Shown: positions 26,759 through 41,937 of the stretch, one piece after another
How the letters are laid out: every line of letters begins with the position of its first letter
How positions within the stretch are numbered: position 1 is the first letter of the stretch
Assembly (NCBI RefSeq): GCF_009914755.1
Contig: NC_060930.1
Length of the DNA stretch: 64,000 nt
Direction: 5' to 3' (one strand)
Origin: the human T2T-CHM13v2.0 reference genome, Homo sapiens
Translations under genes and position numbers: made by a program
Notes under the pieces: model-generated
Told to the model about the DNA's origin: nothing
Databases searched by the model: none
What the model saw: only the letters and a program-made list of their open reading frames with translations

Positions 26759-29155
26759 AACACCAAGTAGATTTAACCCAAAGAGATTACCTCAAGGCAT
26801 TTAATAATCAAACTCCCAAAGGTCAATAAAAAAGAAAAGATCCTAAAAGCAGCAAGAGAAAAGAAGCAAATAACATAAAATGGAGCTCCAATATGTCTGG
26901 CAGCAGACGTTCCAGTGGAAACCTTACAGGCCAGAAGAGAGCAGCATGACATATTTAAATTACTGAAGAAAAAATACTTTTATCCTAGGATAGTGTATCT
27001 GGTAAAAATATCCTTCAAACATGAAGGACAAATAAAGACTTCCCCAGATAAACAAAAGCCAAGGGATTTCACCAACACCAGACCTGTCCTACAAGAAGTG
27101 CTAAAGGGAGCACTTCAATCAGAAAGAAAAGGATGTTAGTGAGTAACACGACATCATCTGAAGGTACAAAACTCACTGGTATTAGTAACTACATAGAAAA
27201 ACACAGAATATTGTAACATTGTAACTGTGGTATATAAACTACTCTTTTTCTAAATAGAAAGAGTACAAGATGAACCAATCACAAATCATAACTACAACAA
27301 CTTTTCAAGACATGAAATATAAAATAAGATATAAATAGAACCAACAAAAAGTTAAAAAGCAGGGGGACAAAGTTAAAGTGTAGTTTTTATTCATTTTCTT
27401 TTTGCTACTTTGTTCATGCAAGTAGTGTTACATTCTTATCAGCTTTAAATAATAAGTTATAAGAGTATTTGCAAGCCTCATGGTAATCTCATCAGAAAAC
27501 ATACACAGGATATATAAAAAGCAATAAATGAAATCATACCTCCAGAGAAAATCACCTTCACTGAAGGAAAGATAAGAAGGAAGTAAAGAAGGAAAAGAAG
27601 ACCACAAAACAACCAGAAAACAAATAATAAAATGGCAGAAGTAAGTCCTTAATAATAATAACATTGGATGAAAATAGACTAAACTCACCAATCAAAAGAC
27701 ATAGAGTGGCTGAATGGATTATTTTAAAAAAACAAAAAGACTTAACAATCTGTTGCCTACAAAAAACACACTTCACCTATAAAGATGCAGATAGAATGAA
27801 AATAAAGGGATAGAAAAAGATATTCTATGTTAATGGAAACCAAAAAAAGTGCAAGAGTAGTTATATTTATATCAGACAAAATAGATTTCAGAACAAGAAC
27901 TATAAGAAGAGACAAGGAAGGTCATTACATAATGATAAAGGGATAAATTCAGCAAGAGAATATGGCAATCATAAATATATATGCATCCAACACTGGAGCA
28001 CCCAGATATATAAAGCAAACATTATTAGAGCTAAAGAGACAGATCCCAGTGTAATCATAGCTGGAGACTTTAGCACTCAACTTCCAGCACTGATAGATCT
28101 TCCTGACAGAAAATCAACAAAGAAACATTGAACTGAATCTACACCATGGACCAAATTGACCTAATAGATATTTACAGAATATTCCATCCACTGGCTACAG
28201 AATGTACATTCTTCTCAGCACATGGATCATTGTCAAGGATAGACCATATGTTAGGTCACCAAACAAGTATTAAAACATTCCAAAATATTGAAACAGTAAG
28301 TATCTTCTCTGACCGCAGTGGAACAAAACTAGAAATCAATAACAAGAGACATTTTGGAAACCCTACAAACACATGAAAATTAAATAATATGCTGCTAAAT
28401 GATCAGTGAGTTAATGAAGAAATTAAGAAGGAAATTGAGACATTTCTTAAAACAAATGATAATTAAAATATAATATGCCAAACCTATGGGATACTGTGAA
28501 AGCTGTATTAAGAGGAAAGTTTATAGCTATAAGCACCCACATCAAAACAGTAGACAAACCTCAAATACAACCAAATTATGCATCTTACAAAACTAGAAAA
28601 ACAAGAGCAAACCAAACCCCAAATTAGTAGAAGAGAAATAATAAAGATCAGAGCAGAAATAAATGAAATGGAAATGAAGAAAATAATACAAATGAAACAA
28701 AAAGTTAGTTTTTGGAAAAGGTAAACAAAACTGACATACCTTTAGCCAGACTAAGAAAGAAAGAGGGAAGACCCAAATAAATAAAATCAGAGATAAAAAG
28801 GGAGACATTACAAACAATACTGCAGATATTCAAAGGATCATTAGTGGTTACTAGGAGCAACTATATGCCAATAAATTGGAAAAATCTAGAGGAACTGGAT
28901 AAATTCCCAGACACATACAAGCTACCAAGATTGAACCATGAAGAAATCCAAAGCCTGAATAGGCCAATAACAAATAATGAAATCAAAGCCATAATAAAAA
29001 TTCTTACAGCAAACAAAATCCAGGGACCCAATGGCTTCACTGTTAAACTCTATCAAACATTTAAAAAAGAATACCAATCCTACTCAACCTATTCTAAAAA
29101 ATAGAGGATGACGGAATACTTCCAGTTTCATTTTATGAGGCCATTATTACCCTGA

Positions 29156-29266
<111 letters not shown>

Positions 29267-29494
29267 TGAATTGAACAGATTAAAGAGCTCATTCACCATG
29301 ACAAAGTGGGATTTATCCCAGAGATAATAGAATGGTTCAACATACACAAATCGATCAATATAGTATATCATATCAACAGAATGAAGGACAAAAACAATAT
29401 GATCATTTCAACTGATGCTGAAAAAGCATTTGATAATGTTCAACATCCCTTCATAATAAAAACCATCAAAAAATGGGGATAGAAGGAACATACC

Positions 29495-32217
29495 CTGACT
29501 TTTTCAACCAGGGGATTATGGCAGACAGGAGGCAGGACTACATTGCAGCTCTGACTCGGATGGACAGAGCAGCATGTGGAGGCTCATCATGAGCTTTTGC
29601 TCCAGAGCAACTGCAGGAATAAATCAGGACACCTGAGAGGACCCACAGACACCCCTGAAGGAAGCAGATTGCTCCTGCAGGACCCGGGAAACAACACAAA
29701 TACTGTGGAAGTGGGAAAGGGAGATTGTCCACCCCGGAACACACACCCCCACTGGGGAAACTGAAGGCCCACATTGCAGGAGAAGATTTTGACCTTACCT
29801 GGAGCTGAGTCAATTTAGAGAGCTGAGTGAAATACAGGGTAGAGGAAGCAGCAGGAAAAGCCCTGGGAGCTCACTGGGTCTCCTAGCAAGTCTTTTTTGC
29901 CTGGCCTCACAGGGGTCCTTCAGGAGGGCGACCAGAGATGCCGGGAAAAGCCACAGGAGAAGAAAACCTCCAGCTGAACTTTGTAACAATTTGAGCTGAT
30001 TGAGAACACTCCTGGCCAGAACTCAGGGAAGGGCGTGAATCCGGTGTGCAGTCTCCACAGGTGGGGGAAGAAGGAAAGCCACATTTGCTTTCACAGCTGG
30101 GAAGCAGATTGCCTGGGGAAAGTTCTCAGCCCTGCTTACCCACTGCCTGGAAACAGACTCAGTGCTGTTGGGTCCGGGGGCACATTGGGAGTGAGAACGG
30201 CCCTTTGGATTGCATGGAAGCTGGGTGAGATCTGTGACTCCTGGCTTTCCCTCACTTCCCTGACAACCTGCATGACACAGTAGAAACCGGCATAATACTC
30301 CTAGGAACATAACTCCATTGACCTGAGAAACTCACCCCCATCCTCACAGCAACTGCAACAAGACCCACCCAAGGAGAGTCTGAGCTCAGACAAGCCTAGC
30401 CCTGCCCCCACCCAATGGTCCTTTCCTACCCACCCTGGTAACTGAAGACAAAGGGCATATACTCTTGGGAGTTCTAGGGGCCCACCCACCATCTGTTCCT
30501 CCCCATACTACCACAGCTGATGCTCTCTGGAAAGTGCCACCTCCTGGCAGGAGGCCAACCAGCACAAAAATAGTGCATTAAACCGCCAAAGCTAGGAACC
30601 CTCACCGAGTTCATTTCACTCAGCTGCCACCTCCACCAGCACAGGTGATGGTATCCACGGCTGAGAGACCCACAGATGGTTCACATCACAGGACTCTGTG
30701 CAGACAACCCCCAGTACCAGCCCAGAGGCTGGTAGACTTGCTGTGTGGCTTGTCAAGAAGACAGATAATAATCACTACAGCTCCAGCTCAGATCTCAGGA
30801 AGCCACAACCATAGGAAAAGGGAGGAGAGTACTACATCAAGGGAACACCCTGTGGGACAAAAGAATCTGAACAACAGCCTTCAGCCCTCGACCTTCCCTC
30901 TGACAGAGACTGCCCAAATGAGAAGGAACCAGAAAACCAACTCTGGTAATATGATAAAACAAGGTTAATACCCCCCAAAAAAATCACACTAGCTCATGAG
31001 CAATGACCCCAAATCAAGAAGAAATCCCTGATTTACCTGAAAAAGAAATCAGGAGGTTTGTTATTAAGCTATTCAGGGAGGCACCAGAGAAAGGTGAAGC
31101 CCAATGTAAGGAAATTAAAAAAAAAAAGATACAAGAAGTGAAAGGAGAAATAGTTAAGGAAATAGCATAAATAAAAAACAATCAAAACTTCAAGAAACAA
31201 TGGACACACTTATAAAATGCAAAATGCTCTGGAAAGTGTCAGCAATAGAATTGAACAAGCAGAAGAAAGAAATTCAGACCTCAAAGACACGGTCTTTGAA
31301 TTAACCCAATCCAACAAAGACAAAGAATAAGAAAATATGAACTAAGCCTCCAAGAAGTCTGGGATTATGTTAAACGACCAAACCTAAGAATAATCAGTGT
31401 TCCTGAGGAAGAAGAGAAATCTAAAAGTTTGAAAAACGTATTTGGGGAATAATCGAGGAAAATTTATCTGGCCTTGCTAGAGACCTAGACATTCAAATAC
31501 AAGAAGCACAAAGAACATCTGGGAAATTCATCACAAAAAGATCATTGCCTAGGCACACTGTCATCAGATTATCTAAAGTTAAAGGGAGGAAAGAATTTTA
31601 AGAACTATGAGATAAAAGCACCAGGTAACCTATAAAAGAAAACCTATCAGAACTAAAAGAATTAAAAGTAGAACTGCCGTTTGATCCAGCAATCCACTAC
31701 TGGATATCTACCCAGAGGAAAATAAGTCATCACACAAAAAAGATACTTGCACATGCATGTTTATCGTGGCACAATTCACAACTGCAAAAATGTAGAACCA
31801 ACCAAATGCCTATCAATCAATGAGCAGGTAAACTGTGGTATAAATATGATGGATTACTACTCAGCCATAAAAGGGAATGAATTAATGGCATTCACAGCGA
31901 CCTGGATGAGATTGGAAACTATTATTCTAATTGAAGTAACTCAGGAATGGAAAACCAAACACCATATGTTCTCATTCATAAGTGAGAGCTAAGCTATGAG
32001 GATGCAAAGGAAAAAGAATGACACAATGGACTTTGGGGATTCAGGGGGAAAGGGTGAGAAGAGGGTGAGGGATAAAAGACTACAAATAAGGTACAGTGTA
32101 TACTGCTTGGGTGACAGGTGCACCAAAATTTCACAAATCACTACTAAAGAACTTACTCATGTAACCAAACACCACCTGTTCCCCAGTAACATATGGAAAT
32201 AAAAAATTTTTAAAAAG
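29495..32217 (+). mobile_element. L1PB-type (L1PB1-like) element nested in L1MA ORF2, with 5' UTR and partial ORF1 fused to the ORF2 3' end
   Basis: 5' ggggattatggcagacaggaggcaggacta; ORF1 start MRRNQKTNSGNM (~30918); jump at ~31650 to the ORF2 end; 3' UTR caaatcactactaaagaacttactcatgtaacc; perfect 13-bp TSD gaaggaacatacc at 29482-29494 and 32218-32230. Confidence 0.93.
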
Positions 32218-35200
32218 GAAGGAACATACCTCAACATAATAAAAGCCATATATAACTGACCCACAGCTAGTATCATACTGAGTGGGAGAAAACTGAAAGC
32301 CTTTCTTCTTAGATCTGGAAGAGGACAAAGTTGCCTGCTTTCATCATGGTTATTCAACATAGTACTGGAAGTTCTAGCTAGAGCAATCAGACAAGAGAAG
32401 GAAATAAAGGGCATCCAAATTGGAAAGAAAGATGTCAAATTATCCTTGTTTGCAGATAACATGATTTTGTATTTGAAAAAAAAAAACTAAAGACTCCACC
32501 AAAAAACTATTAGAACTGATCAACAAATTCAGTAAAATTTCAGGATACAAAATCAACATACAAAAATTGGTAGCATTTCTATATGCTGACAGCAAACAAT
32601 CTGAAAAAGAAATCAAAGAAGTAATGTCATTTATAAAACTACAAATAAAATAAAATATTGAAGAATTAACCAAACAAATGAAGGATCACTGCAATGAAAA
32701 TTACAGAACACTGATGAAAGAAATTGAAGAGGACACACACAAAAAATGGAAAGATATTCTATGTTCATTGACTAGAAGAATCAATATTGTTAAAATGTCC
32801 ATGCTACCCAAAACAATCTAAAGATTCAATGCAATCTCTATCAAAATATAAATGGCATTCTTCACAGAAATAGAAAAAACAATTCTAAAATTTCTATGGC
32901 ATGACAAAAGACCTAGAATAGCCAAAGCTATCCTAAGGAAAAAGAACAAAACTGGAGGAGTCATATTACCTGACTTCAAATTATATTAGAGAGCTATAGT
33001 TACCAAAATGGCATGGTACTAGCATTAAAACAGACACATAGACAAATGGAACAAAAGAGAGAACCCTGAAATAAATCCATACATCTAGTGAACTCATTTT
33101 TGACAAAGGTGCTAAGAACATACATTGAGGAATATGTCTCAATAAATATTGCTGGGAAAAAATGGATATCCATATGCAGAAGAATAAAACTATACCTTTA
33201 TCTCTCACCATATACAAAAATCAAACCAAAATGGGTTAAATACTTAAATCTAAGACCTCAGGCTATGAAACGACTGCAAGAAAACATTGGGGAAACTCCC
33301 TGGGACATTTAAGTGGGCAAAGATTTCTTGAGGAATACCATACAAGTACAGGCAACCAAAGAAAAAATGGACAAATGGAATCACATCAAGTTAGAAACCT
33401 TCTGCACAGCAAAGTTTGAAACAAAGCGAAGAATGAACCCACACAATGGGAGAAAATATTTGTGAATTACCTATCTGACAAGAGATTAATAACCAGATTA
33501 TATAATGAGCTCAAACAACTCTATAGGAAAACTTTTAAAATGGGCAAGAAATCTGAATAGACACTTCTCAAAAGAAGACACACAAATGGAAAATGGGTAT
33601 ATGAAAAGGTGCTCCATATCATTGCTCATCAGAGAAATGCAAATCAAATCTACAATATCATCTCACCCCATTTAAGATGGGCTTTATCCAAAAGACAGGC
33701 AATAACAAATGCTGGTGAGGATGTAAAGAAAAGGGAATCCTTGTACACTGTTGGTGGGAATGTAAAGTATTACAATCACTATGGAGAACAGTTTGGAGGT
33801 TCCTCAAAAAACTAAAAATGGAGCTGTCTTATGATCCAGCAATCCCAGTCCTAGGTATGTACCCAAAAGAAAGGAAATCAGTATATTGAAGAGATATCTG
33901 CACTCTTTATTGAGTTTATGGCAGCACTATTCACAATAGCCATTATTTGGAAGTAATCTAAACATCCATCAACAGATGAAGGAATAAAGAAAATGTGGCA
34001 CATATACACAATGGAGTATTCAGCCATAAAAAGAATGAGAACCTGTCATTTTCAACAACATAGATGAAACTGGAGGTCATTATGTTAAGTGAAATAAGCC
34101 AGGCACAGAAAGACAAAATTCACATGTTCTCACTTATTTGTGAGAGCTAAAAATTAAAATAATTGAACCCATGGAGATAGAGAGTGTTAAGGATGGTTAC
34201 TATCCTGCGAAGGGTAGTGGGTTGGTGGCAGGGAAGTGGAGATGGGTAATGGGTTTAAATAATAGAAAGAATGAATAAGACCTAGCATTTGCCAGCACAA
34301 CAGGTTTACTATAGTCAAAAATAATTTAATTGTACATTTTTAATAGGTAAGCGGTATAATTAGACTGTAACATGAAAGGATAAATGCTTGAGGTGATGGA
34401 TACCACATTTGCCCTGATGTGATTACTATGCATTGTATGCCTATATCAAAATATCTCATGTAACCCATAAATATATACATCTACTGTATACCCACAAAAA
34501 TTAAAAATTAATTAAAAAAATATGTTGGTGTGTGTCCAGAAAGTTTTCTGGAAAATTTTTTATGCCCTAGGTGTATATGCTACATTAATATTTTGAATGT
34601 ACTCTAATTAGCCAGTCATAGATAAGAATGTCTCTGTCAACCAAGATTAAATCTGGTCTTCTTAGAATGTTCTTTCTTAATCTATTCTCTCTCTGCAATG
34701 ATTTGTCTGTAAACAACCTATGTGGCAATCCATTAGTGTACCAGTGGGACTGTTGAAGATGCCTGGTTTCTTATAATTACTTCTTTGGTCATCATAAGGC
34801 AGTAAAAATTACTACCTGTAGGAAGCTGCATTACATTAAGTCTAAAGGATAAATAGGCATTTGTCCAGGGGTGATGTGTATTTGTTTGGTTGATTTTTTA
34901 TTCATCCATTAGAATTTTCTTTCCTAGAAAATTACTTCTTCAGTACCTGTTAAGGGAATCCTGATAATATTCTGATAATATGGGAGTTTCACTGGCCTGC
35001 TTAATGAAGCAATAGAGCACTGCTAGGTTGCTCATGAAACTTGTCAGTTAAACCCTGGGGTGAGTGTTCAAGCTGCTGTTCGGGTATAACCTACTTCCTT
35101 TGTCATTAACCTGCCCCAACAGCTCCATCCTGCACAGCTCGCTGTTCTCCAGTTGCAGTCACTCAACATGATGTCCTGGAAGAAGATCTAATCAATTTTT

Positions 35201-35297
35201 AAATCAACATTACATCTAAAGATGGTTCATATGTGAACTGTTTTTAAGTTGCAGAACTTCTGTCTTCAATGATCCCTCTTACTCTCCAAAATTCCCC

Positions 35298-35604
35298 CTT
35301 TATTTGTTTGTTTCTTTGTTTATTGAGACAGGGTCTCCCTCTGTTGTCCAAGATGGAGTGCACTGGCACAATCATAGATTATAACTCTTTGCAGCCTCGA
35401 ACTCCTGGACTCCAGCAATTCTCCCACATTAACCTCTTGAGCAGCTAGGACTACAGACACACACCACAACGACCAGCTAATTTTTTGTAGAGATGAAGTC
35501 TCACTCTGTCTCCCAGGTGGTCTCAAACTCCTAGTCTCAAGTGAGCCTCCTGCCTTGGCCTTCCAACGTGCTGGGATCACAGGTGTGAGCCACTGTGCCC
35601 AGCC
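35298..35604 (-). mobile_element. AluJ (Jo/Jr-like)
   Basis: gagacagggtctccctctg...tgcagcctcgaactcctgg...gtgagccactgtgcccagcc with a decayed tail. Confidence 0.93.
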
Positions 35605-36304
35605 CTTAATTATTTTCAAAAGATTCTGTAGAAGGTCTTAGGTAAGGGCAGAGCCACGTCCTTTCACCTAATGTATGTCACCCGTGTTTTTCACACCTCT
35701 GCTCCTCTGCCTTCCTCATCTGAACACCATTTTGTCCATGAGTCTCTTGGTTCTACTGTACTGGAAGTTGCTCAGCAGGCACTGCCACTGCCCAGACCCT
35801 GGAGGGCCTGATGGTGTCCAGCTTCAAAGGCACCTGGGAGGCCCTGGGAGAATAGTCTGTCTGCCCAGTCTAGTTTATAATCTGCTGATGCTAAAAACAA
35901 ATACTTCCTTGGTTTTACATTTAGCCCCCTGCTGGCTATAGAATTCAGATAATTCTGGGAAGTAGACTCTACTGCGCTCAGAGTCCTGCCCCCCATCTGA
36001 ATTCCAAGGCTTCTTACTGGGCTGACCTCACTGATTGCCTTTCTTCTCACACATTGAATCTCCTCCATGTTAAACCCACCAGTTTTTAGACATGCATAGA
36101 TGTGTTTGAAACTTAGTCTTGGAAATTGCTTGAGCTCAAGCTGGGAATCTTCCTACTTCATGAACAGAAACTGAAAATACCATCAGATGTCAATTTAGCC
36201 TCTTCACTCAAAACAGCTAGTTTTGAGGAGGCCAGGAGCCCTCCTAAGGACCTTCAACTCGGTATGGTACTGTTCAGACTCCCCACTCCACAACCTCTCT
36301 ACTG

Positions 36305-36738
36305 AGGTAGGTCAGAAGTCTAACATGAGTCTCACTTGGCTAAAGATTTGTCAGTGACTGCATTCCTTTTTGGAAGGTCTAGAAGAAAATAGGTCCCCTT
36401 CCCTTTTCCAGCTTCTAGAGCCTGTCCACATTCCTTGGCTTGTGGCCATCTTTCTCCATCTTCAAAACTGGGAATGTGAAACACCTTTCTCATTTTTCTT
36501 ACATGGTCACATCTCCCTCTGACCCAGCCAGGAATGTTTCTTCATTTTTAAGGACTTATATTTAAATTGGACCCACATGAATAACACAGGATACTCTACT
36601 CTTCTCATCTTAAGATATTTGTTCTTAATTAAAAATCCAAATTCTCTTTTGTCATGTAAGTTGACAAAATCACAGGCTCTGGGGATTAGGATGTGGATTT
36701 TTTTCAGGAGATGGAGAGATGTAATTCTGGCTACTACA
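36305..36738 (-). mobile_element. MLT1D-type LTR
   Basis: gtaggtcagaagtctaac...ccttttccagcttctagag...acattccttggcttgtggcc...ggggattaggatgtgga...ctactaca. Confidence 0.8.
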
Positions 36739-36784
36739 CCAAGTCTTCAGGAGAAAGTTCCCAGAGTAGCCTTCTCTTAATAAC

Positions 36785-36985
36785 GAAGCCAGTATTTGCT
36801 TGAACTCTATCTATGTGCCTGGAACTGTGTTAAATGTCCTACCTACATCAACTAATTCAAGCCTCAGATATGAAGTTGATAACAATATGTCATAGAAAGT
36901 AAGCTGGTAGTTTCAGAAATTGCCCTAAGTCATGCAGTTAAAGCCAAGAGTTGGACCCCGGTCAAGCTGTTGCCATAGCATTGTG
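36785..36985 (-). mobile_element. MIR (decayed)
   Basis: atttgcttgaactctatctatgtgcctggaactgtgttaaatg...ttgccctaagtcatgcag. Confidence 0.55.
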
Positions 36986-37070
36986 ACTCCTCAACTGTGC
37001 TAAAATTGACTGCATAACATATCCCTAACTTGAGCAGAAAAAGTAGGCACTTGCATTTCTATTCATGCAG

Positions 37071-37600
37071 TATGATGTTAATTTTATGTGTCAACTTGAC
37101 TGGCCCACAAGATGCCCAGATGTCTGGTTAAACATTATTTCTGGGTGTTCGAGAAGGCATTCCCAGAAGGGATTAGTATTTGAATTGGTGAAATGAGTAA
37201 AACATGTGGCTTTCCTCAATGTGGATAGGCATTAACCAATCCACTGAGGGCCTGAATAGGACAAAAAAACAACAGACAAAGGTTGAAGTTATTCTCAGCC
37301 TGACTGCTCAAGCTAGGACATCAATCTTCCCCTGCCATCCATGTTCCTGGTTCTCAAGCCTTTAGACACAGACTGGAATCTACATCATTGGTTCTCTGGC
37401 TCTCAGGCCTTCGTACACCACTGCTTTCCTAAATCTCCAGCTTGCAGACAGCAGATCGTGGGACTTCTCAACCTCCATAATCACATGAGCCAATAACTTA
37501 TAATAAATATCTCTCTTGATAGATGTATATATCTATACAGATATATATATAGATAGATAGATAGATCCTATTGGCTCTGCTTCTCTGGAGAACCCCGAGT
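37071..37600 (+). mobile_element. MLT2C-type 5' LTR of an ERVL provirus
   Basis: gttaattttatgtgtcaacttgactgg...gagggcctgaatag...cagcagatcgtgggacttctc...tcctattggctctgcttctctggagaaccc; internal TA/GATA tract at ~37518-37566. Confidence 0.9.
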
Positions 37601-40600
37601 AGATTTTAGTACTGAGAATGATTCCAGAGAAAGAGAATTTTAAGAATGAGCTGCCTAAATTGGTTTTGGGTTTGGCTCTCTAATATGATTAGATTTAAAG
37701 ACACTAATGACTCTATTTCCAATAGTAAAGAGTGCACTCATAGTCCATGGCATGAATTATAATAGAGACATAAAAAATATATGCATTGGATACCCAAAAA
37801 ACTACTTATAAGAGATATAAGAGACAAGAAACTGGGTATGGTACTTTTGAACATTTTTAGAAAATAAACAAATATAATGACCTTGTTTGGTTGCTCCTAA
37901 GGTCACTAGACAAAGTGATGAAAGGATGGGATGAGCTCAGGGATTCAATTTCCCAGTTGAAGTGCTGTATGAATGACCTAAAGGCTTCTATGGGTGACCT
38001 GGAGGAAAGCCTTATCTTCTGTAGCTGCAGGGTTGAGATTGCTGAAAGTCAAATGCAAAATCTCATCCAGTGACTGCCTGAATTTCAATGTAAGTTGAAC
38101 TCCCAACCTCACAGGCTGTCTACTGTTAAAGTGAAAGCACTGATTGGGAAAAGTATGGGATTCTATAAGTATGGATGGAGACATGAAGGAAGAACCCAAT
38201 AAAGCTTGGGACATTGAGCTCCTAAATTCTGATGAGTCTTCTTTGCCAGAGAAAGTAGTCTCCCCACCCCTAGTGGTATCTCCTGTATAAGCAGATTGGA
38301 TTAACTGTACATTTCCTGAGAAAACAGTATGACTTCCCCTGAGGCAGTTGCCATGTAAGACAATGCTGATTCCCCTCAAGACCCATCCACATCACTTTTA
38401 TTTGCTTCTGGACCTACAACTAGACTCAAATGCCAGCAGGTCTCTAAAGATGAGATACAAAGTATGACCCATAAGAAAGCACAGTAGACTTCAAAATAAC
38501 TATTTGATTTTTCTAATATTTACAGACAGAAATTAGAGGAACATGTGTGAGAATGGATATTAACAGTGTGGAATTATGGTTGAAGGAAGATAAAGTTGGA
38601 TTAGGCTGAATTTATTGATATGAGCACACTATACAGACGTTCTACATATAATATTGCAGCACAGAAAGTTAAAAAGGGGCTCTAACAGTTTGGTCAGTTG
38701 GTTGTATAAAACATGGAACAAAAGATGACTGATTTGGAAATGCCAGACATGTAATGCAGAGGAAGGGATTAAAAGCTTAGAGAGATTGGAATGTTAGAGT
38801 GAATTTGTCATTAAAGACTTACGCACCCACACTAGGAGAATCCAGAAGACATACTTTTCACCACAACTGTGAGAAATAAATTTGTGAGAGGAGTCCAACA
38901 TCCTTGAAGAGCCCTGTGATCGCTCTTCTCTGTAGGCCAGACTTTACAGTGGGGACTGTAGCCACTGGATTGGGAAACCTAAGTGCTATGGGAGTAATTA
39001 GATCCTGGGGTTGCAGGGGCCAAGTGGCAGCACTCAATCACCAAAGGCAAGATGGACATGGTTACATGTCCAGGTAATGGACAACAGAGTCAAGGCAACA
39101 ATCAGAATAGTCTATACATGCAGACCTATGACATTGGCAGGTTTATCACAGACTTCCTAGAAATGAAATAGACAGAAACTCTAGTGAATTATTACTTGAT
39201 GTGAAAAAAATTCTAACCTGAATTACAGAAACAGAGTCACAGCTCCTCAATCAATTCCCAGGGTTGAGCCAGTTTACAAACCCAGGGCCTCCTAGAAAGA
39301 AGGGGAGTCTGAGTCCCCTTGAAGAAGCATCCAGGTCACTACCAAAAATTTATACTATTAATCTTTCTCTCAGACTTCCACAAAGGAACCACTGACCTTT
39401 AACCAGGGTAACTGTAAATTGAGGAAAAGGAAATAATCAGAGCTTTGGAAAATTACTTGATACTGGCTCTGAACTGACACTAATTCCAGGAGACCCAAAA
39501 TATGGCTCACCAGTCACAGTAGGGGCTTATGGAGGTCAGGTAGGTGATCAATGGAGTTTTCACTCAGGTTAATCTCACAGTGGGCCTATTGGGTCCCTGA
39601 ATCCACCCTGTGGTTATTTCCTCAATTCCGGAATGCATAATTGGAATAGATATACTCAGCAACTAACAGAATCTTCACATTTGTTCCCTGACCTGTAGAG
39701 TGAGAACTACTATAGTGGAAAAGGCCAAGTGAAAGCCAGTAGAACTGCCTCTACCCAGAAAAATAGCCAAAAACAATACTGCATTCTTGGAGGGATTTCA
39801 GAAATTAGTGCTACCATCAAGGACTTGAAGGATGCAGGGGTGGTGATTCCCTCTGCATCCCCAATTCAATGTGTATATTTGGCCCATGCAGGATCTTGGA
39901 GGATGACAGTGGATTATTGTAAGCTTAACAAAGTGTTGACTTCAATTGTAGTTTTGTACCACATTGCAGATGTGGTTTCATTACTTGAACAAATTGACTC
40001 ATCCCCTCGTACCTGGTATGTAGCTATTGATATGGAAAATCACTTTTTCTCCATATCTGTCCATAAGGCCCACCAAAATTATTGGTTTGAGCTTACAAGG
40101 CCAGCAGTACACTTCACCATCCTCCCTCAGCCCTTTTCAGCCCTATGCCATAATTTAGTTTGCAAGGATCTTTATTGCCTTTCCCTTCCACAATATATCA
40201 CACTCATCCATTACATTGATGACATTATGTTGATGGACATAGTGAGTGAGAAGTAGTAACTGCTCTAGACTTATTGATCCGTTATTCATGTGCCAGAAGG
40301 TGTAAAATAAATCTAACAAAACTTCAGGGCATTTTACCTCAGGGAAATTTTTAGGGGTCCAGTAGTATGGGGCATGTCAAGGTATCTCTTCTAAGGTAGA
40401 GGATAAATTATTAAATCTGGCTCCTCCTATAACCGAAAACAAAAACAAAAACAAAAAAGAGTCACAATGCCTAGCGGGCTTCTTTGGATTTTGGAGGCAA
40501 TGTGTTCCTTATTTGAGTGTGTTACTAGGGCTACTTACCGAGTACTGACCTGAAAAGCTACTCATTTAAAGTGGTGCCCAAAACAAAAGAAGGCTCTGCA

Positions 40601-41020
40601 GCAGGTCCAGGCTGCTGTGCAAGCTGCCCTGCCACTTGATCCAGCAGATCCAATGGTACTTGAGCTGTCAGTGGCAAACAGGGATTCTGTTTGGAGCTTT
40701 TAGCAGCCCCTGTAGATGAATCACAGTACTGGCTGTTAGGATTTTGGAGTGAAGATTGCCATCTTCTGCAGATAACTACTCTCTTTTGAGAAACAACAGG
40801 TGGCCTGCTACCAGGCCTTAGTAGAGACTGAATGCTTAACCATAAGCCATGAAATTACCATGTGACCTGAGCTGTCTATCATGAACTGAGTGTTATCTGA
40901 CTCATCAAGCCATAACGTCAGCATGCACAGCAACACCCCATCATCAAATGGAAGTGGTATACATGTCATCGAGTCTGAGCAGGCCCTAAAAGCACAAGTA
41001 AGTTACAAGATGTGACCCAA
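37601..41020 (+). mobile_element. ERVL internal region (gag-pro-pol), disrupted and 3'-truncated
   Basis: Directly follows the MLT2 LTR; protease LLDTGSELT at 39453-39479; ORF 39729-40256 with GSWRMTVDY and HYIDDIML (YIDD at 40212-40223); no integrase or 3' LTR. Confidence 0.93.
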
Positions 41021-41281
41021 ATCCTCCAGGTTTGGTAGCCCATCCTCTCTGGTTAGTACCTCTCTTCTGGACCCACATAGGGTGCCTCTACTCTAGTGCC
41101 TCTACTCTAGTGTCACTCAGAAGAATTTTAACAGTTCTTTCACACCAAGGACATAGGGCCTTAACTGTGACTTATTTCAGGTACCAAAGGATTGTTTGAT
41201 CATTGTAAAGAAAGATTTTCATTTTCACTGAGGGCAATCTTTGTTGAAGGGAAGAAAATAAGCACTTTTGCTTTCCCCATG

Positions 41282-41937
<656 letters not shown>

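Noticed and set aside
41082-41112. 14-bp tandem duplication gtgcctctactcta
   Set aside because: Real but trivial slippage product with no further structure.
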